This document shows positions 11,250 through 24,727 of a stretch of DNA of 64,000 bases, one piece after another. The translations under genes and the position numbers were made by a program. Under the pieces are notes generated by a model that was not told the DNA's origin, ran no database searches, and saw only the letters and a list, made by a program, of their open reading frames with translations. The stretch's first letter is position 1. Every line of letters starts with the position of its first letter. Source of the DNA: Octopus sinensis (lineage: Eukaryota); assembly GCF_006345805.1 (NCBI RefSeq), contig NC_043001.1, positions 22,878,001 through 22,942,000 on the forward strand. The letters are read 5' to 3'.

Positions 11250-12290
11250 TTTCCATACTCTATTTGACTGGGAAATTCGATGTGGTTCGTTTTCAATTTC
11301 AACAGATTGATTCAGGGAAATCGTGGGAGAAAGCAGTTTCCAGATGTTTTAGTTCTAAGAAAAGAAAGGAGAAGGAAGCGTTTAGGACAGGATTTGATAA
11401 TGTAAAGAGGATTAAAAGTATGTACATTAGGTGCTAAGTAGCTTCCTAGTTCAAAGGCCGAAAGTCATTAATGTGTAATAGAAATACTTCAAACAGTAGA
11501 ATAAATATTATACCGCAAAGAAGGGAAGACTAACTTTATTGTAAGAAAGATAAAAATATTGGCTTCAAATTTTTGACACAAGGCCAGCAATTTCGGTGAT
11601 GGGGGACTAGTCGATTATATTGACTCCAATGCTCAACTGGTACTTATTTTATCGACCCGAAATGATAGAAGACAAAGTCGACCTCGTCAGAATTTGGACT
11701 CAGAACGCAAGGACGGACGAAATACCTATTTCTTTACTACCCACAAGGGGCTAAACACAGAAGGGACAAACAAGGACAGTCAAACGGAGTAAGTCGATTA
11801 TATCGACCCCAGTGCGTAACTGGTACTTATTTAATCGACCCCAAAAAGATGAAAGGCAAAGTTGACCTCGGCGGAATTTGAACTCAGAACGTAGCGGCAG
11901 ACGAAACGCCAATAAGCATTTTGTCCGGCGTGCTAAGGATTCTGCCTGCTCACCGTCTGCTAAACATGTTCTCATCTTATCGTTTTAATTATTTGTTGAC
12001 ATTGATATTTTAGTAGTTTTCTCTGACTACAGTGTTTTACTATTGTAGAGATGGTGTAAATATTCTACGGAATCCGCAGGTATACCAGAGTTTGTGCTGG
12101 AGACAATAAAGTTGTATGAGAGGAAATTTCTAATCCAAGTGATTCAAAATGTATGTCCATAGGTGAGCAATTTTGTCACGTGTTTCTCATTGTGACAAAC
12201 AGCTTTACTGATGTCACTGGCAACAACATTAGGTTTGCTCCACAGAAACCGTATTTTTAATGAAAATTTAATAGAAAGTACCAATATGTA
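11250..12290 (-). mobile_element. Highly decayed CR1/L2-type LINE remnants (about 12050-12290 and 11250-11500) split by SINEs
   Basis: VVASDISKAVCHNEKHVTKLLTYG...WIRNFLS...SGIP resembles the RT segment LDISKAFDxVxHxxLLxKLxxYG...WIxxFLS...SGVPQG. Confidence 0.45.
11565..11960 (-). mobile_element. Two tandem SINE family A copies
   Basis: Two reverse-complement cores; the second is full length (11725-11960). Confidence 0.85.
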
Positions 12291-12595
12291 GAAACAGAAA
12301 TCAGATACCCAAAGCTTTTTAAAAATCAATTAACTGGTTTTCTTTGATATCAATTACCATAGGCGTAACCAGAATTTCGACATAATGATTCTTGGTTATT
12401 AAAATAGACCCACTATTAGCCATCTAAGATGTGCAAAACACAAGGTTTAAATAATTGGCAGGTAGCAATTATATTTACATAGAGCTGCGAGGGATGGGTA
12501 TTCTGAACATGTCAGTCCTCCCCGTCTATATATGTGATTATTAAAATGCCTTCATGGCGCTGTTGCAGTCACTTTATATGTAATATGATATAATA

Positions 12596-13472
12596 TTGTG
12601 TTGAGTCAAAAGTTTTGCAATATTTTGGTAACCTATTTGCTTTATTCGTCAAGTTATAACAAAAGCAGCCGAGCATTCAAAGCAGAGATCATCGAGTTGC
12701 ACCGTCTGAAGCCATGTTTATGCCAGTTTTTTTTATCCCACGCTGATACCAGCTTTTGATGGTAGAGGCGAAGATGTCCTTCACTGAAGCTTCCACCTTT
12801 TCATGATTGATACAGCATTGCGAGCGCAGGGCGTGTGCCATAGATCGGAAAAGGGATCCAGATTCGGACTATATGCTGGGTGTGGCATCAGTTTGATTCC
12901 CTCAAGCTGCTAGTTTATTCCAGGTCATTCAAGGGGTATGGGGTCTTGCGTTGTCTTGCTGCAAAAGAGCTCGCATTTTCTTTAAAAATGCCTGGTATTC
13001 TTGCTGCGCAAGCCGTTCTGAATACAAGTTAGTATCGATGGTTTGACCGTCCGGAACGAACTCGTCGAGAATTATCCCCTCATAATTCCACCAGACGCAG
13101 AGCATCACCTTGTGTTCGAAATGTCCATGTTTGGTGACAGACTCTGGAAGCCGACCCTTGCTTAACCACTGTTTATGCACGTTAGGATTGCAGAAAAATA
13201 TCTGCCATGGATTTATTGCTTGTTCCGATCCATGGTTCATTTCCAGCGCTCACGACGCAACGTCAATGAAGACGAGGTGGAAGCTTCAGTAAAGTTTTTC
13301 GCCTTGAAGGACAAGAACTGTTACCAGCGTAGGATCAAAGAACTGGCAGAAGGTGGCTTCAAAAAGTGCAACACGATGACCTCTACTTTGAAGGTTGTGC
13401 TACATTTGTTGTAACTTGACGAATAAAGCAAATAAATTACCAAAATAAGGCAAAACTTTCGACTCAAAACAA
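12596..13472. mobile_element. Mariner derivative made of two inverted transposase 3' ends, TA-flanked
   Basis: About 70-bp terminal inverted match (TTGTGTTGAGTCAAAAGTTTTGC... / ...GCAAAACTTTCGACTCAAAACAA). Minus strand gives KVMLCVWWNYEGII...LQQDNARPHT...LFRSMAH; plus strand gives LFRSMVH...EVEASVK...YQRRIKEL. Confidence 0.8.
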
Positions 13473-14050
13473 TATATTATGATATGATGTAATATAATAT
13501 AATATGATATGATGTAATATAATGTAGTACAATATAGTATAATGTAATATAATATAATATGATATAATGTATATCATATTATATTATATCATATTATGAT
13601 ATAATGTAATATAATGTGATATGACATAATATAATATAATGTACTATAATATAATATAATGCAATATTATATGATATAATATAATTAATATAACATAATA
13701 TAATATAATATAACATAATATAATATCATTCAATATAATATATGATATTATATAATGTAAAATAGTATAATCTAATATAAAATAATATAATGCAATATTA
13801 TATGATATAATATAATGTAATATAATATAACAGAATATAACAGAATATAATATAATGTAATACAATATATGATATAATATAATGTAATATAATATATGAT
13901 ATATCATAATGTAATATATTATGACATAATGTGATATATGATATGATATAATATAGTATATAATGTAATGTAATATAGTATAATATAATATAATATCATA
14001 ATATAATATGATATGATATAGTGTAATGGAATATAATGTGATATAATTAA
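13473..14050. repeat. Degenerate (ATATA/ATAAT)n pentanucleotide array
   Basis: Direct reading. Confidence 0.9.
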
Positions 14051-14502
14051 TAAGAGAGACTAGGTTTTATACAATTTTAGTGAGAGTGTAGAAAATGAAA
14101 ATACGACAGATTGTTGATAGAACATGAAACTCGATAATTAAACAGAAACCAACATGTTATTGCTACTAATATTTGTTTCTAATTTTGGCCAGCAGAAAGG
14201 GGACTAGTCGATTACATCAATGCCAGTACTTGCTTGGTACTTTATTTTGAAAAGGAAAGTTAATCTCGGCAGTGAAGCCAGACCACAAAAGATCGGAAGT
14301 AAAACCGCAGCGATTTTTTTCCCCCGACGTCCTAATGATTCTGCCGGCATGTTGCTCTTTGAAGGAATAAGTTTGCGTGTCTGCATATGTTTAGTCTTGC
14401 AACAAGGAAAACGATATTCACGACAAGTTACGGAAATAATATGCCTTGTATGCTGCATGCATTTGAGTGTGTGTGTATGTATATGTATATGTATGTGTGT
14501 GT

Positions 14503-14606
<104 letters not shown>

Positions 14607-14742
14607 ATTGTGTGTGTGTGTGCACGTTTGAATGTGCATATGCATGCCTGCTTGCAAGACCTCTTTTCACAGACCACACAATAGAGTTTCTGAGCATTCG
14701 CCTCAAAGTGTGCAACTTGACATTGAGCATTATAAAGTTCAC

Positions 14743-14826
14743 AGATGGTTTCTAAAAGCAAATGATTTCTAAACGCAGATGGTTTCTAAACGCAGATGGT
14801 TTCTAAGCGCAGATGGTTTCTAAACA
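14743..14826. repeat. 17-bp minisatellite (AGATGGTTTCTAAACGC), about 5 copies
   Basis: Direct reading. Confidence 0.85.
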
Positions 14827-15489
14827 CGGGTATTTGTGGTTACACAAGTTATGTTGGGACTACAGTTGATATAGAGGTTTGTACAATTTACAATATTATA
14901 GCTGAATATCGTACATGATTTGATTGAATTATTGCTCTATTTTTATACACACATGCGCGTATACACGTACTTACACACACACAATACACACAGACATTGT
15001 GAAAATCTACGGAAAACTAGTGTTCCACAAAAGGTACTCGAGAAGCATTCCGAGAACGTACTTGCAAGGCCACATAGCCAATGAAAACATTTTAAAGAAA
15101 GCGAACTGAAGACTACTCAGCAAAATTAAATCATCACAGAACAACTATTGGTTTTAAATTTTGACAAAGGGCCAGCAATTTTGGGGACAGAGGTAAGTCG
15201 ATTAATCGACCCGACCCCTCAATTGGTATTTATTTCACCGCCCCTGAAAGGATGAAAGGCAAAGTCAACCTCGGCGGAATTTGAACTTAAGAAAGTTGAG
15301 ACTGACGAAATGCCTCGAAACATTTTGCCCGGATTGCTAAAGATTCAGCCAGTTCGCTGCCTTATCACAGAGCAAATAAAAACTAGCAGGTCACATACTG
15401 CGGTTACAGAACAACATCATTCTAAAACGGCTTTCAAATGGACACCATTGGAAGGAAAAAGAAAAAAATGTGGACCGAAAACCACATAC

Positions 15490-15893
15490 TCTTTTACTTG
15501 TTTCAGTCATGTGGCTGTGGCTATGCTGAAGCACCGTCTTTAGTCGAGCAAATCGACCCCAAGACTTATTCTTTGTAAGCCTAGTACTTATTCTATCGGT
15601 CTCTTTTGCCGAACCGCTAAGTTACGGGGACGTAAACACACCAGCATCGGTTGTCAGGCGATGTTGGGGGGACAAACACAGACGCACAAACATATACACA
15701 CAATACATATATATATATATATATACATATATACGACGGGCGTCTTTCAGTTTCCGTCTACCAAATCCACTCACAAGGCTTTGGTCGGTCCCGAGGCTAT
15801 AGTAGAAGACACTTGCCCAAGGTGCCACGCAGTGGGACCGAACCCGGAACCATGTGGCTGGTAAGCAAGCTACTTACCACACAGCCACTCCTA
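15490..15893 (-). mobile_element. SINE family B, full length
   Basis: Reverse complement matches 4975-5378; a diverged family A copy lies at 15150-15365. Confidence 0.9.
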
Positions 15894-16029
15894 CATGGTA
15901 CAGTATATTCATAATCGACATGACAGAAGCCAATATCATATGGCCGGCTGCAGAAAAAACTGCAGCCAAAAGCAAGTAACATCAATTTGCTGGCCAATGT
16001 TCTCGAGAACACAGGAGGAACTGATACTA

Positions 16030-16081
<52 letters not shown>

Positions 16082-17689
16082 ACATACAACTTGTTGTTTA
16101 ATACCCTGTCACCCCTGATTCAAATGACCTTTCAGCTATGGCTATCTTGTTTTATTGTAAATTTATGACTCCATTATCCAATGTGCTCTTTTCTCCCCTA
16201 TTCAAGAATATGAGATGTGATTAGAAAGAAATTTGTTGCTATTTCTGGCGTGCAGACTGTCTGCGTAGAGGATCCATCGTTGGCTCAGAAAGCATCAGTT
16301 CGTTTGCCTCACGTACTTTTTTCCGACGCTCTAATGATTCTGCCAGCTGGTCGCCTTATGCAGGAACAAGTTTCTGTGTATGTATACTTATGTTCAGTCT
16401 AACAGCAATGAAAACAATATTCATGAAATGTTATGAATAAAATAGTCCTTGCACGTTCTGTGTGTGTGTGTTCGTTTGTCTGTGTGTATGAGTGCGTACG
16501 CGTGCTTGCAAGACGTTTTTTTCATTAATCACAAGCGGGACTCTCAACGCATCATTTTTCTTTTTATATTGTGACCTTGTCGTGTTTTGCTTTGAATAGA
16601 TTACTACACGAATTAAAGCACGTTCAAGGGTAGTGTGATATGTAAACTTTTCTTTACTTTCTGTTTCTTTTTGTTTTGGTTTTTCTTCAATACACGGAAA
16701 CTTTGTAAACTATATAACTTAATATTTTTGTCATGAGAAAATCCATAAATTTGAAATTTGAACAAAAGAGGCTGTAACATTTCAAAATTTTTTCCAGGTT
16801 TCCTTTTATAAAATAAACAACATTTAAAAGAAGTACTGTAATTTGCTTGAAGCATCTCAATGTGTAAATGATATAAATATTTTAAAGGTGACCTTTCAGG
16901 AATGCAGCTGAGAGGTTTGGTAAAATATGTAAGGTGATGCCAATAAATAAAGACTCAAGCAAGCTATTGTATCACCTGCATTGTATCACCCTCAATTGCT
17001 TAAAGGTCTTCTTTAAAGCATTTACATCTTTAAATAATATTTATTTTTCTGTTACGGTATTTTAAAGCTAAGAAAACCCCGCCTCTTAACCCATCTCAGT
17101 CGATTTAAAATGAGTTTTGAATTCATTTTAGTCAGTGTTAATCGTTTGTGATAAAAGCATTCAAGATAATTTAGATTCATCAATCGAGGGTCTAAATGAA
17201 CATCACGTGCGATAACGTTTTAAAATGCTTTAATTCCCCTCAGTCCTTAGAATTTTCTGAGCCATCATTTCCTGTAGTTTACGAAACTTGAAACTGTATA
17301 AACTTCTTTTGCGTTTATTTACACTCTTTTTCTTCGTGCTTGGTTTCCAACGCAAAGAAATTTAATTCAATGTGGCATAAAGGTTGTTTTCAATTATTTA
17401 GCCTTTTCAGTACTTCTTTCTCGAACTTATATCACTTCTTTTCCTTATAATTCTCAACAAAGCTTGTTTAATAATAATAATAATGATTTCAAATTTTGGT
17501 ATAAGGTCGGCAATTTCGGTGGGGATGGGCTAAGTTGATTATATCAACCCCAAGTGGTACTTATTTTATCGACTCCGAAAAGATTCCTGGGCGGAATTTG
17601 AACGCAGAACATTATGATGGACGAAATGCTGCTAAGCATTTTGACCAGCTTGCTAACGCCTCTGCCAGTTCGTCACTAATAGGTATGGA

Positions 17690-18940
17690 ATTTAGCATAG
17701 ATAACTGCGCAATATTAATCATGAAAAAGGGACAAGTAGTTATCAATGAAAGCATTCAGTTACCAGATGGCCAGACATTAAAATTACTGAAAGAAGGAGG
17801 AAGCTATATGCATCAAGGAGTATTCGAATATAACAGAGTACTAACTATAGAAATGAAAGAGAAAATAGAGGAGTGCATCAGAAGGGTAAGGAAGTTAATG
17901 AAGCCAAAGCTAAATGGTCTGAATCTAGTGAAGGCTGGAAATACTTGGGCACTGTCGTTACTTAGATATTCAGCAGCTTTTGTAAATTTGACAAAATCTA
18001 AATTAGTAAATCTAGACAGAAGAACTAGAAAAGAATTCAATATGAATGGAGGACTTCATCCTACACCGGCAGCAGCAAGATTATATTTACCTAGAAACGA
18101 AGGTGGTAGATGTTTAATACCATTAGGCGTCAGTGTGGAGTTAGCTAGAGGAGATATAGTCTCATATGTAGGTAATAGCGAGGAAATTTTATTAAGAGCT
18201 GCTAGTGTGACAGTAGGAGATAGGGAAACCAAAAAGCCAAATGTAGTTAAAAACCGCAAAGAATAAAGCAAGATTATCTGCCTGGCAAGAGAAGGCTTTG
18301 CATGGTAGATTTACAAAGATAATTGTAGAAAATGATAATGAGGCATAGTTGTGGATGCAGAAAGAAAGGCCGAGAATGGAAACAGGAAATTTGATAGTAG
18401 CAGCACAAGATCAGGCATAGTGAATTAACAGGTTAAAGGCCAAAATAGACAAAAACGAGTTAGATTCCCAATACAGGTCATGTAAATCAAAGGAAGAAAG
18501 TACTGCCCATATGATTAGTGAATGTAGTATAGAAGCACATAAAGAATAGAAGAAAAGAAATTATAACCTAGGGAGAGAAATCCGTTGGGGGTTATGTAGA
18601 AAGCTATTGAGCATACTGATATGTGGTATGAACATGAACCTAGTAAAGTGCTAGAAAGTAAGAAATATAAGATGTTGTGAATTTTAACATTTAGACTGAC
18701 AGAATAATAGAAGTTAGAAGGCCTGATTTAGTGGTAGTAGATAAAGAGAAGAGAAAGTGCTAGATAATTGACTTTACAGTCTCAAATGATCAGAAAGTCA
18801 ATATGAGAGGTATACAGAAAGTAGAACCAAGACATAGCGATTGAGTTAATGAGGATATGGAAAGTGCGGGTAAAATGTATCCATGTAATAATAGGTACAT
18901 TAGGAATTATCCCTAAAAATTTGAACTGATGGAAAGACGA
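17690..18940 (+). mobile_element. R4/Dong-like non-LTR retrotransposon, 3' ORF remnant (post-RT, CCHC, restriction-like endonuclease)
   Basis: KLNGLNLVKAGNTWALSLLRYSA...LDRRTRK...GGLHP...RLYLPRNEGGRCL, then AAQDQA, C..C...H...C and RPDLVVVDK...IIDF motifs with stops. A SINE A copy sits at its 5' side (17485-17672). Confidence 0.85.
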
Positions 18941-18984
18941 AATAGGCACATAACCTATGTGTGTATGTGAGTGTGTGTGTATAT

Positions 18985-19185
18985 CACGTCATCATGTAAC
19001 CGACCAGATTATCAGATGTTCTCACACATCGCCGGTCACAATGCGCTTTGCATCGTTTTAGCTTTCGAATGATGCCACCTCGCTGACTAGGCGAGCAGGC
19101 CAATATTCGTCCTCCACCCTAATCGAAAGGGAGACTGGAATAACGTGAAATGAAAGAATTTGCTCAAGAACACAACTCGCCTGAA
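18985..19185 (-). mobile_element. SINE family D-like body fragment
   Basis: GACTGGAATAACGTGAAATGAAAGAATTTGCTCAAGAACACAAC matches 7655-7700. Confidence 0.55.
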
Positions 19186-19209
19186 TGTAAGTTTTCATAC
19201 CTGTATCGT

Positions 19210-19341
19210 TCAATACATACATACATACATACATGCATGCATACATACATACATGCATACATACATACATACATACATACACACACACATATATATATAT
19301 ACATATATATGTATATATATATATATATGTATATGTGTGTG

Positions 19342-19380
<39 letters not shown>

Positions 19381-19437
19381 GTATATATGTATATATATAT
19401 ACATACGCATATATAAATAAGTATATATTTAAACACA

Positions 19438-19502
<65 letters not shown>

Positions 19503-19945
19503 CTCCCTCTCTCTCTCTCTCTTTATATATATATATATATATAATGTTGAGCCTAGTTATATTTTCAAATGCTACGTTTGCGATGTTTACAGTCATTTTC
19601 TTCCGACGAAGATTTCATTAAGTTGTGTATGTATGTATGTGGGTATGTGTGTGTGTATGTATGTATGTATGTATGTATGTATGTATGTATGTATGTATGT
19701 ATGTATGTATGTACGTATGTGTGGGTGTTGGTATGTATACATGTACGCATGCATGTATGCGTATATACATACATACATACATACATACATACACACATAC
19801 ATACATACATACATACATACATACACACATACATACATACATACATACATACATACATGCATGCATACATACATACAAACATACAATACATACATACATA
19901 CATACATACATACATACATACATACATACATACATACATACATGA
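19210..19945. repeat. Compound (ACAT)n/(AT)n/(ATCT)n/(TATG)n microsatellites
   Basis: Direct reading. Confidence 0.95.
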
Positions 19946-20059
19946 GTGTGCATTTATGTAATCGCACATGTATGCATACGGGTATGTATGTGCTCATGTA
20001 CATAAGGGCGCAGGCATAGTTGTCACTGCATACGTGGATCTTATTACAAACCGAACTAC

Positions 20060-21820
20060 ATGAATGTTTCACATAGTTTGATAGTACCTATGACAGCATG
20101 TAGTTGTAGTCTGCTTAGGTGTGTTCTTTCTGGTTTTGTGAATTCCAGCTTTTCAAGATTGGTACTGAGGCAAGCGCTCCAATAATTATTGGCAGAAATC
20201 TAAAGCTATATTCCGGGTGGTGTTACTGCAGATTTCTCAACATTTCGGTATAGATGCTTTTCACTAATGTTTTACATTATGTTAATATTTGCAAGGCAAC
20301 TAATTCCAACTACACTGCATAATTCCTTTTCTCTCTCCAAAATTACTATGTTTCTTCAGTTTGTCCTTGTCTTTTATTGAAGTCTTGATAGGAACATTCC
20401 TCAAGTATTCTTTAACGTTGTTTTGCTATACCCTCTACATCCCTATGTGGAGGCACATGGCCTAGTGGTTAGAGCAGCGGACTCGCGAGTTCGAATCTCA
20501 GACCGGGCGATGTGTGTGTTTATGAGCGAAACACCTAAGCTGCACGCGGCTCCGGCATCCCTATGTAGAGGCACATGGCCTAGTGGCTAGAGCTGCGGAC
20601 TCGCGGTCGAGGGATCGCGAGTTCGAATCTCAGACCGGGCGATGTGTGTGTTTATGAGCGAAACACCTAAGCTCCACGCGGCTCCTGCAGGAGGTAATGG
20701 CGAAACTTCTGCTGATTCTTTCGCCACAACTTTCTCTCACTCTTTCCTCCTGCATCTTGCAGCTCATCTTCGACGGATCGGCGTCCCATCCAGGTGGGGA
20801 ACCTATACATCAAGGAAACCGGGAAACCGGCCCTGATGAGCCAGGCATGGCTCAAGAATGAACAAACTACATCTTTATAGCTTCTTATATTTATCTACTT
20901 TCTACAGATTACATCATTAAGTGTTGTAATCTCGTTCTTATGTCTCACAGGTAGATAATGATGTGGGTAACGTCCTCAATATTAGTTTCATAGACACTGC
21001 GTTGTTTGTCATAACTAAGTGGGTGACCTGTATCCCTTTCCCTTTTGTGCATCAGGGAATTTTTGCTGTCACTAACTCTTGTATTGCAAAACACATCCTT
21101 CAAAGTGAGAACTAATATCTCGGTTGATAGTCCACGACAAACTATTCTGGTTGTTAATGTTGCTGGCACTTTGAAGTTTTCTAAGCATATAGCCATGCAT
21201 AACCTTTTGCCGATAAGTATACATCCTTTCTTGTGCTGACCTGTTGCAATAGAGTTGTGCAAGTTCTCTGGTTGTATATCCTTGGTCATCTCTCAATGAA
21301 TATTTTTTGAGAAGCAACTTTCCAATTCTCATTATCAGATTCGCATATGCAGACTTGATCCTTGGCAGGACTTTGACGTTTGGTGATTAATAGTAGTCGA
21401 AGGGATATGGTATAATATTTACATGCTGTTTGGTTCGATGATATGCCTTTACCACCTTCTCTTAGTTTATAAGTAAAAACGGTCTACATTATTACTGATG
21501 TGAAAATTCTTGGTACGGATTAGCAATTGGGGGTGGGGGTGGGTTAACATCAATGGTCAGGATCTCATCTAGCATCCAGTCAACTCAAATGTTGGTATTG
21601 AACTAGGACTGCAAACACACTGTGAGCTGCCGATGATTTATTGCATGTAGAAAGTCCCGTGGACCATATTTTCTTTATGCTGGTGCCTATTTCTTAGTTA
21701 CACGCTTTCTGTTACAGTTTCTGACATAGGAAATGGTTCATCTATTCCTAAATACCTGTGGCATCCCGTTTCAGATATCGGAGACACAGCCGGGTCATTG
21801 ATAGTAATGTTACTAGAGGG
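20060..21820 (-). mobile_element. Decayed R4/Dong-like LINE split by a SINE at 20447-20870
   Basis: CHRYLGIDE (YKYLG-like), RQKVMHGY...NSLSW...SSHFEG, and a C-terminal FLPIIIGALAS segment read at about 20200-20170. Confidence 0.65.
20447..20870 (+). mobile_element. SINE family C with a tandemly duplicated 5' end (118-bp period)
   Basis: CATCCCTATGT(G/A)GAGGCACATGGCCTAGTGG at 20438 and 20556; B box GAGTTCGAATCTC. Confidence 0.85.
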
Positions 21821-21843
21821 GCTCGCATGTATGCGTGCATGCG

Positions 21844-21875
<32 letters not shown>

Positions 21876-23059
21876 TGTATGTATGTATGTATGTATGTAT
21901 GCATGCATGCATGTGTGTATGTATGTATGTATGTATGTATGTATGTATGTATGTATGTATGTATGTACGTGTGTATGTATGTATGTACTTACATAGCAAG
22001 TTTGATACTTGAAGTTATAAGACTGTTGAACTTATAATAAAATAAGAATTCAGTTAAAAAACAGAAACGTAAAGAATAGTCTTAATCTACACAAATTATT
22101 CGTCAGAGACAAAACTTAACGTCTCCACCGAACTGAGTGCTTTGCTTGGATTTGAATCTAGTATAAATTGTACTGTCGTAGCGACTGATAGAGATGTGTC
22201 TAAAACAGAATGTTAATGTTTCAGTCAATGAAAATAATGTCTGTATTAATCTAAAGATATCTTTAAAACAAGGTTATTTTCCTTGCTTTTTTATTTCATA
22301 TGGGTCTGTTTAGTTATAACATTTGTGGGGTGTATTTATAAAACAATACTTGCACATATAATATTTCAACAGCACATAGATTAATGGTTGCTTCTGTACA
22401 CACTTTATTGCCAGACATACTATTCAACCATTTATTTCTTGCTGAACGTCTGGTAGCCAAACGGAGAAAAAGTTATACGCAGGGTGTTGCCGAAGCCGGG
22501 GGCAATTTACACATAGTTCGTAGCAATATAAAACCACGAACTATTCGAGAGACGCCTGTTTGGAGCTTTTTCAACAATGTTGCTGGGAAGCTTTATTTAT
22601 TTATGTATAATCTCAAATCTTTCCTTTGACTGTTTCGCCTCACGTTATCGTATAGTCTAACAAGCACACTTACATCTATTTTCAAATTCATTTATACATA
22701 TGCATTCACAGTTGTACATACAATGCTATAAATATGTATGAATATATATTTCCGACAATACGCAAAAAAATATATATCTATTGAAATACATTTAAATATA
22801 GATGTGTTGGAGTTACAAAAATATGTACGCGTATGTAAATATAACGTTAGACACAAGTAAACAAATAAATATGAAAAATGTATCTTGTAATTTTTGCGCT
22901 TGCGCTTCGTTTATTTAAAATTATTTCATAGCACACAGATTGCAGTGGAGTGGCAGAAACGGAACCATCAGGCCGAATACCTCCCAATATTTAGTTTATT
23001 TGCACTTAGTTCGAATCTCACCGGGATTAACTTTGTCTATAATTAAAGAGTTATCAATA

Positions 23060-23243
23060 TAGGCGCAGGTATGGCTGTGTGGTTAAATCGATGTCTTTGC
23101 AATTATGTGGTTTCGGGTTCAGTCCCATGACGTGGTACCCTGGGCAAGTGTCTTCCATGGCCATCTAATGCCTTGTAAGTGAATGTAGTAGACAGAAACT
23201 GTGTGAAGCAAGTCGTATACATATATACATATGTGTATGCGTG

Positions 23244-23285
<42 letters not shown>

Positions 23286-23502
23286 CATGTGTATCTTTTA
23301 TTCTTTTACTTGTTTCAGTCATTTGACCGTGGCCATGCTGAAGCAGCACCTTTTTTAAGTCGAAGAAATCGACCCTAGGACTTACTCTTTGTAACCCCTG
23401 TACTTATTCTATCGGTCTCTTTTGCCGAACCACTAAGTTACGGGGACGTAAACAAACTAACATCAGTTGTCAAGCGAGGGGTGGGGGTGACAAACACAGA
23501 CA

Positions 23503-23547
<45 letters not shown>

Positions 23548-23680
23548 GCACACACACATATACGACGGGCTTCTTTCAGTTTCCGTCTACCAAATCCACT
23601 CACAAGGCTATAGTACACAGATGGACTGAACCCAGAATCACGTAGTTGGGTAACAAGCTTCTTACCACACAGACACGCTG
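23060..23680. mobile_element. SINE family B: plus-strand 5' fragment (23060-23220) and minus-strand full copy (23295-23675)
   Basis: Matches to the family B head and tail; (CA)n linker in the minus copy. Confidence 0.8.
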
Positions 23681-23681
23681 A

Positions 23682-23684
<3 letters not shown>

Positions 23685-23714
<30 letters not shown>

Positions 23715-24350
23715 TGATGTATGTATGTATGTATGTTTGTATGTATGTATGTATGTATGTATGTATGTATGTATGTATGTATGTTTGTATGTATGTATGT
23801 ATGTATGTATGTATGTTTGTTGTATGTATGTATGTATGTATGTATGTATGTATGTATGTTTGTATGTATGTTTTGTATGATGTATGTATGTATGTATGTA
23901 TTATGTATGTATGTATGTTTGTATGTATGTATTATGTATGTATGTTTTGTATGTATGTATGTATGATGTATGTATGTATGTATGTATGTACGTACGTATG
24001 TATGTTGTATGTATGTTTGTATGTATGTAGTATGTATGTATGTATGTATGTATGTATGTATTATGTATGTACGTACGTATGTATGTATGTATGTATGTTT
24101 GTATGTATGTATGTATGTATGTATGTATGTTTGTATGTATGTATGTATGTATGTATGTTTGTATGTATGTATGTATGTATGTACGTACTTATGTATGTAT
24201 GTTTGTATGTATGTATGTGTATGTATGTATGTATGTATGTATGTATGTATGTATGTATGTATGTATGTATGTACGTACTTATGTATGTATGTTTGTATGT
24301 ATGTATGTATGTATGTATGTATGTATGTATGCATGTATGTATGTATGTGT
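23685..24350. repeat. About 660-bp (TATG)n microsatellite running into a family B 3' half (24350-24540)
   Basis: Direct reading. Confidence 0.95.
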
Positions 24351-24727
24351 GTGTCTTTGTATCTGTGTTTGTCCCCCAGCACCGCTTCACAACCGGTGCT
24401 GGTTTGCTTATGTCCCCATAACTTAGCGGTTCGGCAAAAGTGACCGATAGAATGAGTACCAGGCTTTACAAATAAAGAGTACCGAGGTCGATTTGCTCGA
24501 CTAATATTCCCCAAGGTAGTGCCCCAGCATGGCCGCAGTTAATAATACAAATGCACGCTACTACCAAGTGTTTGTGTCACGTCAAGGGAATTAACTCATA
24601 CCAGACGGTGGTGGCGAGGGTGATAGTATTTGTTGTTTGTGACGTATTTGTTGTTGATAGTCATGATAGTGGCGGCGGCGACGATGACTTAGCTCGACTG
24701 CAATTACTAAAACGTATGCGTTCAATC

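Noticed and set aside
20565-20640. SINE heads (families B, C, D) as tRNA genes
   Set aside because: They have A and B boxes but no closed acceptor stem, and each continues into a SINE body.
20832-20865. CTGATGAGCC...GGCTC as a hammerhead
   Set aside because: No GAAA strand follows, and the other family C copy (63900-63920) reads CCCTATGAC, so the motif is a chance variant.
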